From IMG/VR virus record IMGVR_UViG_3300010399_000035, positions 21,036 through 85,035 of that record: 64,000 nucleotides of DNA, one strand, 5' to 3'. The notes below the pieces were generated by a model. It did not search any database, was not told the origin of the DNA, and saw only the letters and a program-made list of their open reading frames with translations. Every line of letters starts with the position of its first letter. The first letter of the stretch is position 1. The translations under genes and the position numbers were made by a program. This DNA comes from a virus. This document shows positions 9,311 to 19,182 of the stretch, one piece after another.

Positions 9311-11713
9311 ATGACTACCACACCAGCATTACAATTAGAAAATGACTTCATTGACGGAACTTCAATATCGTTCCCGAATGGTACTCCTATACCCGCTGGA
9401 TATCTGAATCAGATATCCAATGACTTAGATACGTTCAGCCAGAGTCTCTGCGCGGCACTTGGGGCGGGGTTGTTGGCTTGGCCTTCCAATACTTCGTTCG
9501 CCCTTAGCTTAGGTACTGGGGCGAATGTGAACGTAGCTAGCGGAGCAGGAATTGCCTATTCCTCGGCCCATGGCGCATGGGTACCTCTACGCAGCGCGTC
9601 CGGGCGTTCGAATGCGGTGGCAGGTGGTATCCCCGCTGGTACTTGGTTCCTCTTCGCTGCGGCCGGATTCTCCAGCACACCTACGCTGGACTCCATGCAG
9701 AGTGGGTATAACACTATTGCCTACGGTGCCACAGCGGTGATGGACGGCGGAATACTACTTGCCAAGGCAGTCTCTACTGGGAGTGCCATAACAACATTGA
9801 CGGACATGCGCGATCAATCTAGGTTGGTGCCCTGGGATCCGTTCGGTATGGACCCGAATACTTCTACTGGTCTGGTTTTTGGTACTAAGAAAGGTGTAAC
9901 TAAAGACAGTAGTAGCGTGTACCACTTAGTAGCCGCCACTACCTCCACCCTAGCTGCCAGCACCGCGAATCAGTTCCTGCAGGTGAACCCAGCTAACGGA
10001 GCACTCTCCGTCACCACCACGCCCAACAACGCCTACGTATCGCTCTGGAGTTTTGACACTGATGGCGCTAACATTACGAGGGCGGATAGACTCTTCCCCG
10101 CAGCACAAATTGGTGGGGCTGCTGGAGTCGCCACCCTAGGTACCACCGCACCAGTTACAAACACGGGCACTTCAACCAACCCAGTAGTAGCCTTGACTGC
10201 TGGTGGAGTCGACGATAGCTTCCTAGGCAACCGTACTATTGACCAGACGCAAGTTCCGGCTACGGATACCGACACGCCCACGAAGTTGCTGTCTTACCTG
10301 GCGAACCGGATTAAACATATCACCAACAAGGCCAACTGGAAGACGGATGGCGACATCCAGTTAGACGCCGTGGCAACTCACGTAGCGGCAGCGGCTCCAC
10401 ACTCCGGACACTTGAAGGCGGACGGCTCCGTGGCACTGAGTGGGGCGCAATCTCTTGGTGGACATAAACTCACGAACGTTCAGGATGGTTCCTCAGCGCA
10501 GGACGCCGCTACCTACGGACAGCTGACTGCTGTAGCCGGTGGGTTCCTGCCTCGTCTAGCTGCAGTCTGCGCTGCTACAGGTAACGTGAATATCTCCAGT
10601 CCAGGGACCAACGTCTTCGATACCGTCTCAGTCAGCAATGGAGACAGCGTTGCGCTCATCAACCAAACGACTACAACCGAAAACGGTATCTATATATTCA
10701 ATGGCAATTCGTCCGCCATGACGCGTCGTTCGGACTTGGATAGCTCTGGAGAGCTCGTGCCTGGCATCCGGGTACCGGTTAGCAGTGGGGCCACGTACGG
10801 TCACAAAGCCATCTATATCTACTCCGCTGGCACAATGGGTACGGACCCGATCCTCTGGACAATAGATGCTTCCAATGCGGGCGGGGAAGCGAACACTGCT
10901 TCCAGCCAAGGCTCAGGACAATCTCTCTTCTACCAGAAGAGCGGAGTTGACCTTCAGTTCTATGGGATTGCTGCGGCAGACAGTACGGTTGCAGTAGCGT
11001 TGGATGGCACCAATAAGAACGTGACAGTGGGTGTGAACCAAGCGAACCTGGACGTGGCGAACTTCACCAATCCAGTCGGGCCAACCAAGGGTGGAACCGG
11101 GCTGAGCGCGTTCGGCATCGGCAGCTTCCTGATTGCCACGGCAGCAAACGTATGGAGCGCGCTCGCAGGGAACACCACTACAACGCGCAAATTCCCGGTT
11201 AGTGTAGGGGTAGCTGGAGTAGCGACCGCACCTTTTCTGGACACGATTCAGCCGGGTGACCTACCTGTCATGGGGGCCAGCGGGGGAAGCCACGCACCAG
11301 GGGCCGCGCCCGATCCGGGGGCTACTGCGGGAGCGGTGCGCTTCCTATGTGAAGACGCAACTTATAAGATTCCTGGAGCCGCGACCACGCCAGCAGCCGT
11401 GCCGCTTACAGATGCTGCTACAATTGCTACCGACGCGTCTACTGGAGTCGTGTTCTTCGTGTCCAGTGCAGTAGACCGCACCATGGGCGTACCAACAAAT
11501 GCTGCGGTTGGAATAGCCTACAATTGGTTCTGGAAGAATACGGATAGCTCCGCACATACACTAACTCTAACGACCAGCGGAGCAGGCAGCTTCCGCTATG
11601 GGAACAATGTAACAGTACTCCCTTCGGTACCAGCCGGCAAACTGCTCCGCTTTACTGCAATGTTAGATCCAATAGATGGCAAGTTGGGCGTATCGGCTTA
11701 CGATATTTTCTAA
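9311..11713 (+). CDS. Tail fibre / receptor-binding-like protein
   Basis: 800 aa, Gly/Ala/Thr/Ser-rich; fibre-type motifs GHKLTNVQDGSSAQDAATYGQL and NQTTTTENGIY. Confidence 0.7.
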   Translation: MTTTPALQLENDFIDGTSISFPNGTPIPAGYLNQISNDLDTFSQSLCAALGAGLLAWPSNTSFALSLGTGANVNVASGAGIAYSSAHGAWVPLRSASGRSNAVAGGIPAGTWFLFAAAGFSSTPTLDSMQSGYNTIAYGATAVMDGGILLAKAVSTGSAITTLTDMRDQSRLVPWDPFGMDPNTSTGLVFGTKKGVTKDSSSVYHLVAATTSTLAASTANQFLQVNPANGALSVTTTPNNAYVSLWSFDTDGANITRADRLFPAAQIGGAAGVATLGTTAPVTNTGTSTNPVVALTAGGVDDSFLGNRTIDQTQVPATDTDTPTKLLSYLANRIKHITNKANWKTDGDIQLDAVATHVAAAAPHSGHLKADGSVALSGAQSLGGHKLTNVQDGSSAQDAATYGQLTAVAGGFLPRLAAVCAATGNVNISSPGTNVFDTVSVSNGDSVALINQTTTTENGIYIFNGNSSAMTRRSDLDSSGELVPGIRVPVSSGATYGHKAIYIYSAGTMGTDPILWTIDASNAGGEANTASSQGSGQSLFYQKSGVDLQFYGIAAADSTVAVALDGTNKNVTVGVNQANLDVANFTNPVGPTKGGTGLSAFGIGSFLIATAANVWSALAGNTTTTRKFPVSVGVAGVATAPFLDTIQPGDLPVMGASGGSHAPGAAPDPGATAGAVRFLCEDATYKIPGAATTPAAVPLTDAATIATDASTGVVFFVSSAVDRTMGVPTNAAVGIAYNWFWKNTDSSAHTLTLTTSGAGSFRYGNNVTVLPSVPAGKLLRFTAMLDPIDGKLGVSAYDIF

Positions 11714-11720
11714 GGATACC

Positions 11721-12056
11721 ATGCCAAACTACGTAGTAAGCGGAGCAGGGGATGCGGGATATAACGGTACCTACATTGATATAGGAGTAGCCTACCCAGG
11801 TTTCACTCCATATGTTGTCTACCAGTTGGACAGCACTCACTTCCTGTTCAATTCCAGCGGATTCTGGTATCTGTCTTCCTCGGTGGATAGCGCTGGTATC
11901 AGCGGAAACACCCATTACTACCAGAGCGATGGCGGCAACCCATCAGTAGTAATACTTGGACCCTACGTGAATGCAGGCGGTATGACAAATCCTGCACCCA
12001 CCGTTGCCGTCGCGGGGGCTGCAACCCACACAGGTGACATGTTCCTTGGCGGATAG
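11721..12056 (+). CDS. Small virion-associated protein, putative
   Basis: AAGGA RBS before ATG 11721; last gene of the tail operon. Confidence 0.55.
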   Translation: MPNYVVSGAGDAGYNGTYIDIGVAYPGFTPYVVYQLDSTHFLFNSSGFWYLSSSVDSAGISGNTHYYQSDGGNPSVVILGPYVNAGGMTNPAPTVAVAGAATHTGDMFLGG

Positions 12057-12057
12057 A

Positions 12058-12106
12058 GGAGATCTCTCCCAGAAGATGGGGCCATTCTTTGGAGAGGGTC
12101 CTCCGC
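12058..12106. repeat. Fused dyad of motif A
   Basis: GGAGATCTCTCCCAGAAGATGGGGCCATTCTTTGGAGAGGGTCCTCCGC right after the stop codon. Confidence 0.85.
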
Positions 12107-12236
12107 TGTTGGTGCTCTGTTCGGCCGTAGCCCGCTTGGGCCGACGACGGGCCGCTCGACCAAAACCGGCGAGCCCACTTGGGTGGTTGGGCGTGAACTC
12201 GGCGGTTTTGGAAGCGGAAGCGACAGCCATTAGAGT

Positions 12237-12272
12237 AGCGATAGAGCAGCAAAGCCGCTCTATCGCTGTTTT
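12237..12272 (+). terminator. Intrinsic terminator at the end of the tail operon
   Basis: AGCGATAGAGC / GCTCTATCGCT stem followed by GTTTT, where the two operons converge. Confidence 0.7.
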
Positions 12273-12469
12273 ACGTTTGCGGCGTCTACACGTTCCACTA
12301 AACGCAGATCTTCCTCGGGGAAGCGGACTTTCCAGTCTACGTTATACCCCGCCAATCGCACAGTCAGCCCACCGTGCTCGCCATGAACAGCAGAAACTTC
12401 GCCAACGTCCCCATGGACCTCAGAATGGTCCAGCACTTGTACCATATCTCCAACTTCGAATTTGCTCAT
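12260..12469 (-). CDS. Hypothetical protein (SH3/KOW-like)
   Basis: KFEVGDMVQV start motif, 69 aa. Confidence 0.55.
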   Translation of the reverse strand: MSKFEVGDMVQVLDHSEVHGDVGEVSAVHGEHGGLTVRLAGYNVDWKVRFPEEDLRLVERVDAANVKQR

Positions 12470-12485
12470 TATATACCCCGCAAGC

Positions 12486-13238
12486 TTACTCTATGTAGGC
12501 GGCTTCCCCGAAGGCTTGCGCCATGTACGGTGGAACGCCGTTGCCTATAGCACGATATAGCTCAATCTCCCACTTGGTATATGAGCCTTCGAACCACGTA
12601 GGTTTCCTGTACCACTGCTTGGGAATCTCGAAGCCCATGTAGTAGGCGCACTCTTCAAGAGTAGGTTTGCGGCCGAACCAACGAGAAGCACGGCGACCGT
12701 CGGTAGCGCACCCCTTATACTCCGTAGCGCCAATTCCAGGACAGAGATCGTATTCGTGATAGTATCGCTTGTAAGGCCTATGAACCTGTGGCTCTGGATA
12801 CCTACCCCCAATGATACGGTTCCGGCACATGTTGGGCGTTGGGAGGAATTGAGCAGCGTTGTAGGCTCTACCCCATGTATTGCCGCTCTTGTGCTGTGTA
12901 GTCACGTTCTCTACCCAAAGAAGTGGATGCGGAAGCTGAAGCGAATACTCCAATAGGTCCGTCATATCTCGCGTGAAGGCTATCCCAGCAAAGTCACCTG
13001 TAGGAACTCCGGCTGTTCGCGATGATGAACGCCACTGACAAGGCGGGGAGGCCCAAATTCCTTCGTATCCCGATAGGTCTTGATCCAGCACATCCCCAAT
13101 AATACACTCGCCAGCGCCAACGAATGTAGAAAGGTAGTGGGCGATCGGGTTGAGTTCAATACCTACACAGAAGTGGCCAGCCCACTCCAAACCTTGGCGA
13201 GCCAGCCCAGCGCCGTCGAAGAGAACCGCTATTTTCAT
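12486..13238 (-). CDS. DNA (cytosine-5)-methyltransferase, compact
   Basis: Motif I LFDGAG, motif IV SPPCQ, motif VI ENV, motif VIII RNR, motif X GNGVPP. Confidence 0.85.
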   Translation of the reverse strand: MKIAVLFDGAGLARQGLEWAGHFCVGIELNPIAHYLSTFVGAGECIIGDVLDQDLSGYEGIWASPPCQWRSSSRTAGVPTGDFAGIAFTRDMTDLLEYSLQLPHPLLWVENVTTQHKSGNTWGRAYNAAQFLPTPNMCRNRIIGGRYPEPQVHRPYKRYYHEYDLCPGIGATEYKGCATDGRRASRWFGRKPTLEECAYYMGFEIPKQWYRKPTWFEGSYTKWEIELYRAIGNGVPPYMAQAFGEAAYIE

Positions 13239-13240
13239 AC

Positions 13241-13507
13241 TTAAGTAAGGATCAGTCGGTTAACCAATTCAATGATTCGGTTAGCGTCGGTACAGTCGGG
13301 GCCATCTACTGCGAAGTTCCACACTATGGATTCCTCTGGCAGGAGTTCGTTGGCATCCAGCCGGTCGTGGAGGCACGAGAATGGTGTATTCGCAGACTCT
13401 CCCGCATTTGTACGGCGGATAGACTCTTCTCGCGCGTATTGCCGATCAGAGTCAGATAGCGACGCGTAGATGGCGTTCGCGGCAGCTTGGATTTCTTTCA
13501 GGGTCAT
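13241..13507 (-). CDS. Hypothetical protein
   Basis: Tightly packed in the operon upstream of the methyltransferase. Confidence 0.6.
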   Translation of the reverse strand: MTLKEIQAAANAIYASLSDSDRQYAREESIRRTNAGESANTPFSCLHDRLDANELLPEESIVWNFAVDGPDCTDANRIIELVNRLILT

Positions 13508-13656
13508 GAGAGCACCTGCTTGCTTTTGGCGAACAAAACGAACATCATGTGAGGCTCCCCAGCCTCTACTTGCTTGCGCATTTCGGATTTATCCGCTTCG
13601 CTAGCGCGTAGTTTTTCAATGACTTCAAGCGCACGTTCCTTGGTGAATGGCTTCAT
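13504..13656 (-). CDS. Small hypothetical protein (50 aa, not in ORF track)
   Basis: MKPFTKERALEV...KQVLS; GGGAG RBS; ATGA overlap with the next gene. Confidence 0.55.
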   Translation of the reverse strand: MKPFTKERALEVIEKLRASEADKSEMRKQVEAGEPHMMFVLFAKSKQVLS

Positions 13657-13697
13657 TGATTTGGAGCTCCCGAACAGTTATTCGACCGTCACCAATC

Positions 13698-13756
13698 ATT
13701 ATAACCGATCAACACTCGTTTGAGGGGCTTTTCCAGAAAAAATAATATTATTTTTT
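13698..13756 (-). promoter_or_regulatory. Promoter family B copy
   Basis: Minus strand: AT tract, GAAAAGCCCCTCAAAC...GATCGGTTATAAT. Confidence 0.7.
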
Positions 13757-13791
13757 CAACCCCCTCCTCGGGAGAGAGTACTCCGTGTGGT

Positions 13792-15948
13792 TCATTCAGC
13801 CCTCCGTACCTTCACTCTCCTAATTCCAGGCTTCGTAACAGGCGTGGCCTTCTTCAATCCAGCCGCTTCCCACAGATTCACTATATGGTCCGTAGCCCCA
13901 TATAAGTAACGCGGAGCGCCCCGCCCAAATGGATTCTCCGTGCGGGTCTTGGTGACTGCTCCCAGAAGATAGAGGTCTTCCAGTTGGTCGCGCAATGTTG
14001 AGAGGGGAATATCCAACTTCTCGCAGAGCGGTTCGATGAAGAAGTCTCCGTCATTACAGAATGCGGCCACCGCTTCCAGATTAAACCCCACGCAAGTATC
14101 CAAGGCTACGCGACTTACGATAGAGTAGTTGTCTTCGTCCAGCTTAGGTGTGTGGGACAGCAGCGAGAGCCCGTAGGTTAGCTTAGTCAATTGCTTGCCA
14201 ATGCGGGTACCCATTTCATGCTGGGGACGGTACTGCAACTTCTCTTGCCCGCCCGACCAGGCTCGGTTCACATTAGCGCGAAGGATGCCGACCAGCGAAG
14301 CCAGCGCTACAATCTTCGTGATGAGCCACTCCGGCATGGCGGGTAGCGTATACGGATCTATCTTTACCTCCACGAACCTACGTACGATGTCGTGAAGGTC
14401 CTCGCGCATGCCAATCTCTTGGCCTACGTTGCCTATGGCGGTGCGGATGGCGGCGTCCGCGTTCGGGTTGTGGCCTACTCCCTTGACCAAGTGGAACATC
14501 AAGAACCGCTCGCCAAGGGCTGCGGTTCGCTCACCGAACACGGCATGCGTCACGCCGCTGATCATGTTGAATTGGACTTCGTAGTTGCGCACCAATCCGT
14601 TGCCGTAGTGCTTGGTGACGGAACCGTCGTAGGCTCCGCGTAGGGTGCCGTAGATTTCGTCGCGTTGGGTGGCAGGCAGGTTCAGTATCTCGGTGAAGTC
14701 CTTCAACACGAATGTCTTCTTGTTCAGCCTGGGGAGCAGGGACGGATCCCCACCGCCCCGCGTAGCGAAGCCGCTAACTAGGCTATGCGCCGTCAAGGTA
14801 CTGGCGAAGTAGCAACTAGGGCAGCCGCTGAGAGGCATCAGGAGTTCCGTCTTCGCCGTCCCTGGAGGAGATACGATATGCATCCAGAGCGGATCCCCAC
14901 CGATCTGGTTCGAGAGCACCACGGCGAAGATTAGCTTAAGGCCCGTCACCATATCGTCCGACATCTTCAGGTGCTGCCGGAACACAGATAGTACTTGGTC
15001 GAAGGTTGGGCGTTCGGTGGAATCTGGGGGCGGAAGCGATTCTATATGGGCAGCTTGCTCCGCTTGTTCGTTGATTTGGGCTTCGGAGACATAGATGGTA
15101 ACTAGGGATTGGAGTTCCTGGTAGGTACCTCCGCTAACCACAAAGTCGCGGATGTCGAACTTATTAGGAAGAGAGGATGGCCACTTGACATGAAGGAAAT
15201 CTTTGGCATGTCCGGCGAGTTTGCCGGCCAAACGATCGGTGCCCTTGACTCCGCCCGCGTCATGGTCGAAGCAGCATATGACGGTCCGCCCCGACACATA
15301 CTCCGACCAACGATCCTTCCATACTCCTGCTCCGGGCACACCAATTACAACGCCTTCAGCGGAGCTCTGCTCCAGAAGATGGCGTAGGGCTATCGCATCC
15401 CATTCACCCTCGCAAACGTAGACAGGTTCGCAAGCCTTGGCTAGGTCCAGCAACGCAGCCAAGTTCCATATAGAGAGTTCCAGACCCCAGATGGACTCTA
15501 GCTTGAAGTCTTCGCCGCACCGACGAAAGTTAACGATTTTTCCGTGGCCATTGTAGATCGGGATGTACCAATGGACGCCATCGTGAACAATGCCAGTTGA
15601 TTGTAGGACTTGCGGTGGTAGGTGGCGGCTAGCGGCTAGTTCGGCTAGCCATTCGGGCACCAGACTAGAACTTAGTTCAGTCCCATTTAGTTGCGCGGTG
15701 GGAGTGGGCTGCGCGTACATGCGGTACCACTCCGCTAAGAACGTATAGGTATTACCGTTCAACCCACAGGAGCCAGCCTTGCAATCCCACTGACCCGTTG
15801 CGGCGTTGATGTACAGCTTCTTGCGTCCTCCACAAAAGAGGCAGTCGCCGTAGTATTCGTCTCCCGCATGATTATCCGCGTGATATTCGAAGCCTAATGC
15901 GATGAACGGTCTAAGTTTGGGAGGAACTTCGGATGAGCTCCTCGCCAT
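13792..15948 (-). CDS. Primase-helicase fusion (Zn finger + Toprim + MCM-like AAA+ ATPase + C-terminal HTH)
   Basis: CLFC...CKAGSC; CEGEWD and FDHD Toprim motifs; Walker A PPGTAKT; start moved to 15948 because of a GGAGG RBS. Confidence 0.8.
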   Translation of the reverse strand: MARSSSEVPPKLRPFIALGFEYHADNHAGDEYYGDCLFCGGRKKLYINAATGQWDCKAGSCGLNGNTYTFLAEWYRMYAQPTPTAQLNGTELSSSLVPEWLAELAASRHLPPQVLQSTGIVHDGVHWYIPIYNGHGKIVNFRRCGEDFKLESIWGLELSIWNLAALLDLAKACEPVYVCEGEWDAIALRHLLEQSSAEGVVIGVPGAGVWKDRWSEYVSGRTVICCFDHDAGGVKGTDRLAGKLAGHAKDFLHVKWPSSLPNKFDIRDFVVSGGTYQELQSLVTIYVSEAQINEQAEQAAHIESLPPPDSTERPTFDQVLSVFRQHLKMSDDMVTGLKLIFAVVLSNQIGGDPLWMHIVSPPGTAKTELLMPLSGCPSCYFASTLTAHSLVSGFATRGGGDPSLLPRLNKKTFVLKDFTEILNLPATQRDEIYGTLRGAYDGSVTKHYGNGLVRNYEVQFNMISGVTHAVFGERTAALGERFLMFHLVKGVGHNPNADAAIRTAIGNVGQEIGMREDLHDIVRRFVEVKIDPYTLPAMPEWLITKIVALASLVGILRANVNRAWSGGQEKLQYRPQHEMGTRIGKQLTKLTYGLSLLSHTPKLDEDNYSIVSRVALDTCVGFNLEAVAAFCNDGDFFIEPLCEKLDIPLSTLRDQLEDLYLLGAVTKTRTENPFGRGAPRYLYGATDHIVNLWEAAGLKKATPVTKPGIRRVKVRRAE

Positions 15949-16973
15949 TAGATAGTTGCTCCCTCCAAAAGTAGACCGCACTCGCGCAACTTGTCCAGCA
16001 GATAGGTGCCCATGCAATCGTCTACCAACTTCATAGTGGTGCCGAGTTCGTCATACGAAGAAATCCACGAAGGCTTGAGCGGCTCCGGGAAGTACATCTT
16101 GGCTCCCTCAATCCACCCTTCGCGAATCCACCGACCAAGCTGCTCAGCGGAGGGACGGTCACGGAGGGCTAGCTGGGCAAGGTCGGATAGCGTCAAGCCG
16201 GTATTCTTCTGAACTTGAACCACGCGATCATCCCATAGGGACTGCATGCGGAAGTCCTTCACGTTCGTCACCGGCAACTCTAGGCCAATGTGCTGCGCGC
16301 ACCACTTCTCGACTACATCCCTGGCCTTAGAAGCATCGCGGGTGGGGTCGTCGCGGACGGATACCCGACTGGTGAAGATCCGCACGTCGTGGCCGCTGCA
16401 AACCCACTCGCGCACCCTAGAGACCATAAGCGGGATCGGTTCGCCAATGTAGTTGATACCTTTCCAAGAATCATACTCGGCCAAGGTACCGTCGAGGTCT
16501 ACACCAATCCAACCATGCCGCTTGACCATCTCTCCCAGAAAAACCGGAGCTCCATTTTTCTGGGCAGCATTCACCGCGTACTGCTGGAGGTTATGGAGAG
16601 TGTGGTTTGGGTCAGTGGGGTGGGGTTTGGCTTCCATCCACAAATAGACATCCTTGGCTCCTTCCACTTCGCGGAGGTAGCTACAGAACTTGGCTAGGTC
16701 CAAGCTGGGGCGGACTACATTCTCAGGCTGGAGGAAGTATGGCTTGGTGAGGGCGAACATCTTCGTGGTGCCCGAAGGCGTCCACATGAGCATCTGGTGC
16801 ATGCGGTCCGAACGGACCTTGCGAATGGCGAACAAGCAGCCATCATACTGCCCGACGCCGCTGGTAATCTGGAAGCGATGGTCGGCTTCCTCGAGTTGGA
16901 TGCCTTTTGGCTGTGGGGTGGGGGCGGGCTGCGGGGTTTCGGTGGACTCGGTTGAACTAGTTGTCTGACACAT
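15948..16973 (-). CDS. HAD-superfamily phosphatase domain protein
   Basis: VDLDGTLA motif I, FTSR motif II, K and WDDR motifs III/IV; N-terminal part unknown. Confidence 0.75.
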   Translation of the reverse strand: MCQTTSSTESTETPQPAPTPQPKGIQLEEADHRFQITSGVGQYDGCLFAIRKVRSDRMHQMLMWTPSGTTKMFALTKPYFLQPENVVRPSLDLAKFCSYLREVEGAKDVYLWMEAKPHPTDPNHTLHNLQQYAVNAAQKNGAPVFLGEMVKRHGWIGVDLDGTLAEYDSWKGINYIGEPIPLMVSRVREWVCSGHDVRIFTSRVSVRDDPTRDASKARDVVEKWCAQHIGLELPVTNVKDFRMQSLWDDRVVQVQKNTGLTLSDLAQLALRDRPSAEQLGRWIREGWIEGAKMYFPEPLKPSWISSYDELGTTMKLVDDCMGTYLLDKLRECGLLLEGATI

Positions 16974-17008
16974 AAATATAGGCTCCTTCTACGGCTTATC
17001 CGACTTGG

Positions 17009-19162
17009 CTATACGTCGATCGCTACCTTATCATCCCAGGACGACACGCAACGCTTAAACTCAACCGGCATGGGGACATCAATGCGGCCTTCGTTGTCGG
17101 ACATGATATCAATCATGCCGCGAACCAGCCAACGGTAGGCATCTTCCTGGTGTACTTCGAAGATGATTTCGTCATGCACTGGCATGACAACGTAGGCGCG
17201 AGCGCCAACCTCCTTGAAGTACTTCTCGCACCGGACCATGGAATCCTTCACCATACAGGCTGCGGTGGATTGAATCATGTAGTTGACCGCTTTGTAAGGC
17301 TTATCTTCCTCGATGTGAACCTTACGACCGTATGGGTTCACGATGTACCCATCCCGCGATGCTTGCTTGATGAGCATATCCATATACTGCCGCATCTCTG
17401 GGAGCGCTCCGCTCAGTTCGCGGAGGAATTGGGTGGCTTCCTGGAGCGAACAGTAGAGGAGCTCCGTAATGGTGCTTGGCCCTCCACCATAGATCATAGC
17501 GAACATGATGACTTTTGCTCGACCCCGACTGTTACTCTTGCCGACGGACTTCTCTGCCTTGACGATGTCGTAGTTATGTCTGGCCAGAAAATGGTCCGCC
17601 AACTCCTGGGAGCGTTGGGAGTAGAATCCATAGGTCATAGCGGCCTTGGAGTTCCACTCATACTCCTGCCAGAGCGCGGCCACTTCTGGGGACGAAGGTT
17701 CGTTTCGACCTAGGTCCAGCGCATACGAAGCCGCCTTCAACGCGGAGGGATTGTTGCGCCCACCCCAAGCCTTGTTTGCGCAAGCGGAGTTGGGGTCTCG
17801 TCCGGCGGATATCTCTTGGAGTAGGAAGGGGATTTGCCCAATGGAGGCGAAGAGACGCAACTCCTGCTGTGCATAATCTCCAGCGTACCAGACGTGACCA
17901 GCACGAGGGCCGAAAGGTATCCTTGGACGATAAGAACCAATGTTCGCGTGTGCTGTCTTCGGGTTACCGACTTGCTGTAAGTTCGGATTGTTGCAACTGA
18001 GCCGGAACGTGGTAGTTCCGCATTGATTCACCGATGGGTGGACGCACATACCTCCCGGTGCCAGCGGGTCCGGCAGCATGAGTTCAAGATACTTATCGAA
18101 GAAGAGTTTGATCGCCTGCTCCGCAGCCCGGTAGCCTACGAGCTCCAACACGAACGGTTCCGTCATGAGTTCGCGGAGGGCATTCTTGTCGGTGGAATAT
18201 TCGCCGCTGTCCGATGTTCGCGTGGTCGTTAGGCCTAATCCACCTTGCTCTGGCGGGTTGTACAGCAAGCGGCGAAGCTGAAGCGGAGAGTTGGGATTGA
18301 ATACCAAGTCTTCAAGACTAACTACAGTGGCATATGCTTCTGGACTGTGCGGCCGCAGCCCTTTCTCTTCAATCATCCGCAACATCGATTGATGGTGCTT
18401 GTTCAACGCCGTTCGTGCCTTGGCCAATTCCTCTTTGACTTTTTCTGGTGAGAGTCGCATCCCTCGGCGTTCCAACTTCACCATGATCGGCCAGAGTTCA
18501 CGCTCCGCCTCGTACCCCGCTGCCAGCAGAGGATCGTTGGCGAACTTCTCCTGATAGTAGAGATGTAGCCCCATGGTACGGAAGGTATCCATGCGACAGT
18601 ACTGCTCGCAGCCTTCGGAATCCAGATTGAAGCACTTAGGGAGCCAGTAGTCCTGTTCCGCTACTTCGCCAAGTTTAATTAGCGGAGAGTTGGTTTTAGC
18701 AGCTTGCCGATTGAGCGATTGGCAATGTCGCCGCCACTTCTTCACTTCCTCGCGAAGGGTAGACTCATCGTCGATCGGGATGCCGAGATACTTGCGGGCG
18801 AGCGGCTTGAGTTGGTAGGTATACTCCAGATTGTAAGCCACGCGGGCCTCAATGTGGGTGTCGTGGATTGGCCCGGCCATGGGGATACCCAGTGTCTCCA
18901 GCATGAAGCAGTCGAACTTCGCATTATGGAAGATTTTCGGTAAGTCGCTCCGGGCACACAGTGCCCGAAGCCACTCTATATCTTCTTCCACCACTTCTGG
19001 TTCCCTGGTATACGGATCCACACCCCACTCCACATAAGCGGTGTTGCCATCTTGATCGCACAGTCCCACGGCGAACGGCTTATCGCCGTGCCAATGCATA
19101 ATTCCGCTTGTTTCGGTGTCTATGGCGACAGCTTCGGTTGGGTTGAACTTGCCTATGTCCAT
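17009..19162 (-). CDS. polA: DNA polymerase family A with 3'-5' exonuclease domain
   Basis: DTETSG, HNAKFD, YCRMD exo motifs; DYAQQELR (A), RAKVIMFAMIYG (B), VHDEI (C). Confidence 0.95.
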   Translation of the reverse strand: MDIGKFNPTEAVAIDTETSGIMHWHGDKPFAVGLCDQDGNTAYVEWGVDPYTREPEVVEEDIEWLRALCARSDLPKIFHNAKFDCFMLETLGIPMAGPIHDTHIEARVAYNLEYTYQLKPLARKYLGIPIDDESTLREEVKKWRRHCQSLNRQAAKTNSPLIKLGEVAEQDYWLPKCFNLDSEGCEQYCRMDTFRTMGLHLYYQEKFANDPLLAAGYEAERELWPIMVKLERRGMRLSPEKVKEELAKARTALNKHHQSMLRMIEEKGLRPHSPEAYATVVSLEDLVFNPNSPLQLRRLLYNPPEQGGLGLTTTRTSDSGEYSTDKNALRELMTEPFVLELVGYRAAEQAIKLFFDKYLELMLPDPLAPGGMCVHPSVNQCGTTTFRLSCNNPNLQQVGNPKTAHANIGSYRPRIPFGPRAGHVWYAGDYAQQELRLFASIGQIPFLLQEISAGRDPNSACANKAWGGRNNPSALKAASYALDLGRNEPSSPEVAALWQEYEWNSKAAMTYGFYSQRSQELADHFLARHNYDIVKAEKSVGKSNSRGRAKVIMFAMIYGGGPSTITELLYCSLQEATQFLRELSGALPEMRQYMDMLIKQASRDGYIVNPYGRKVHIEEDKPYKAVNYMIQSTAACMVKDSMVRCEKYFKEVGARAYVVMPVHDEIIFEVHQEDAYRWLVRGMIDIMSDNEGRIDVPMPVEFKRCVSSWDDKVAIDV

Positions 19163-19182
19163 TATATAGTCGATTCGCTAGT

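Noticed and set aside
17530-17780. Intein in the polymerase
   Set aside because: Too short, and lacks the Cys/Ser start and His-Asn end of an intein.
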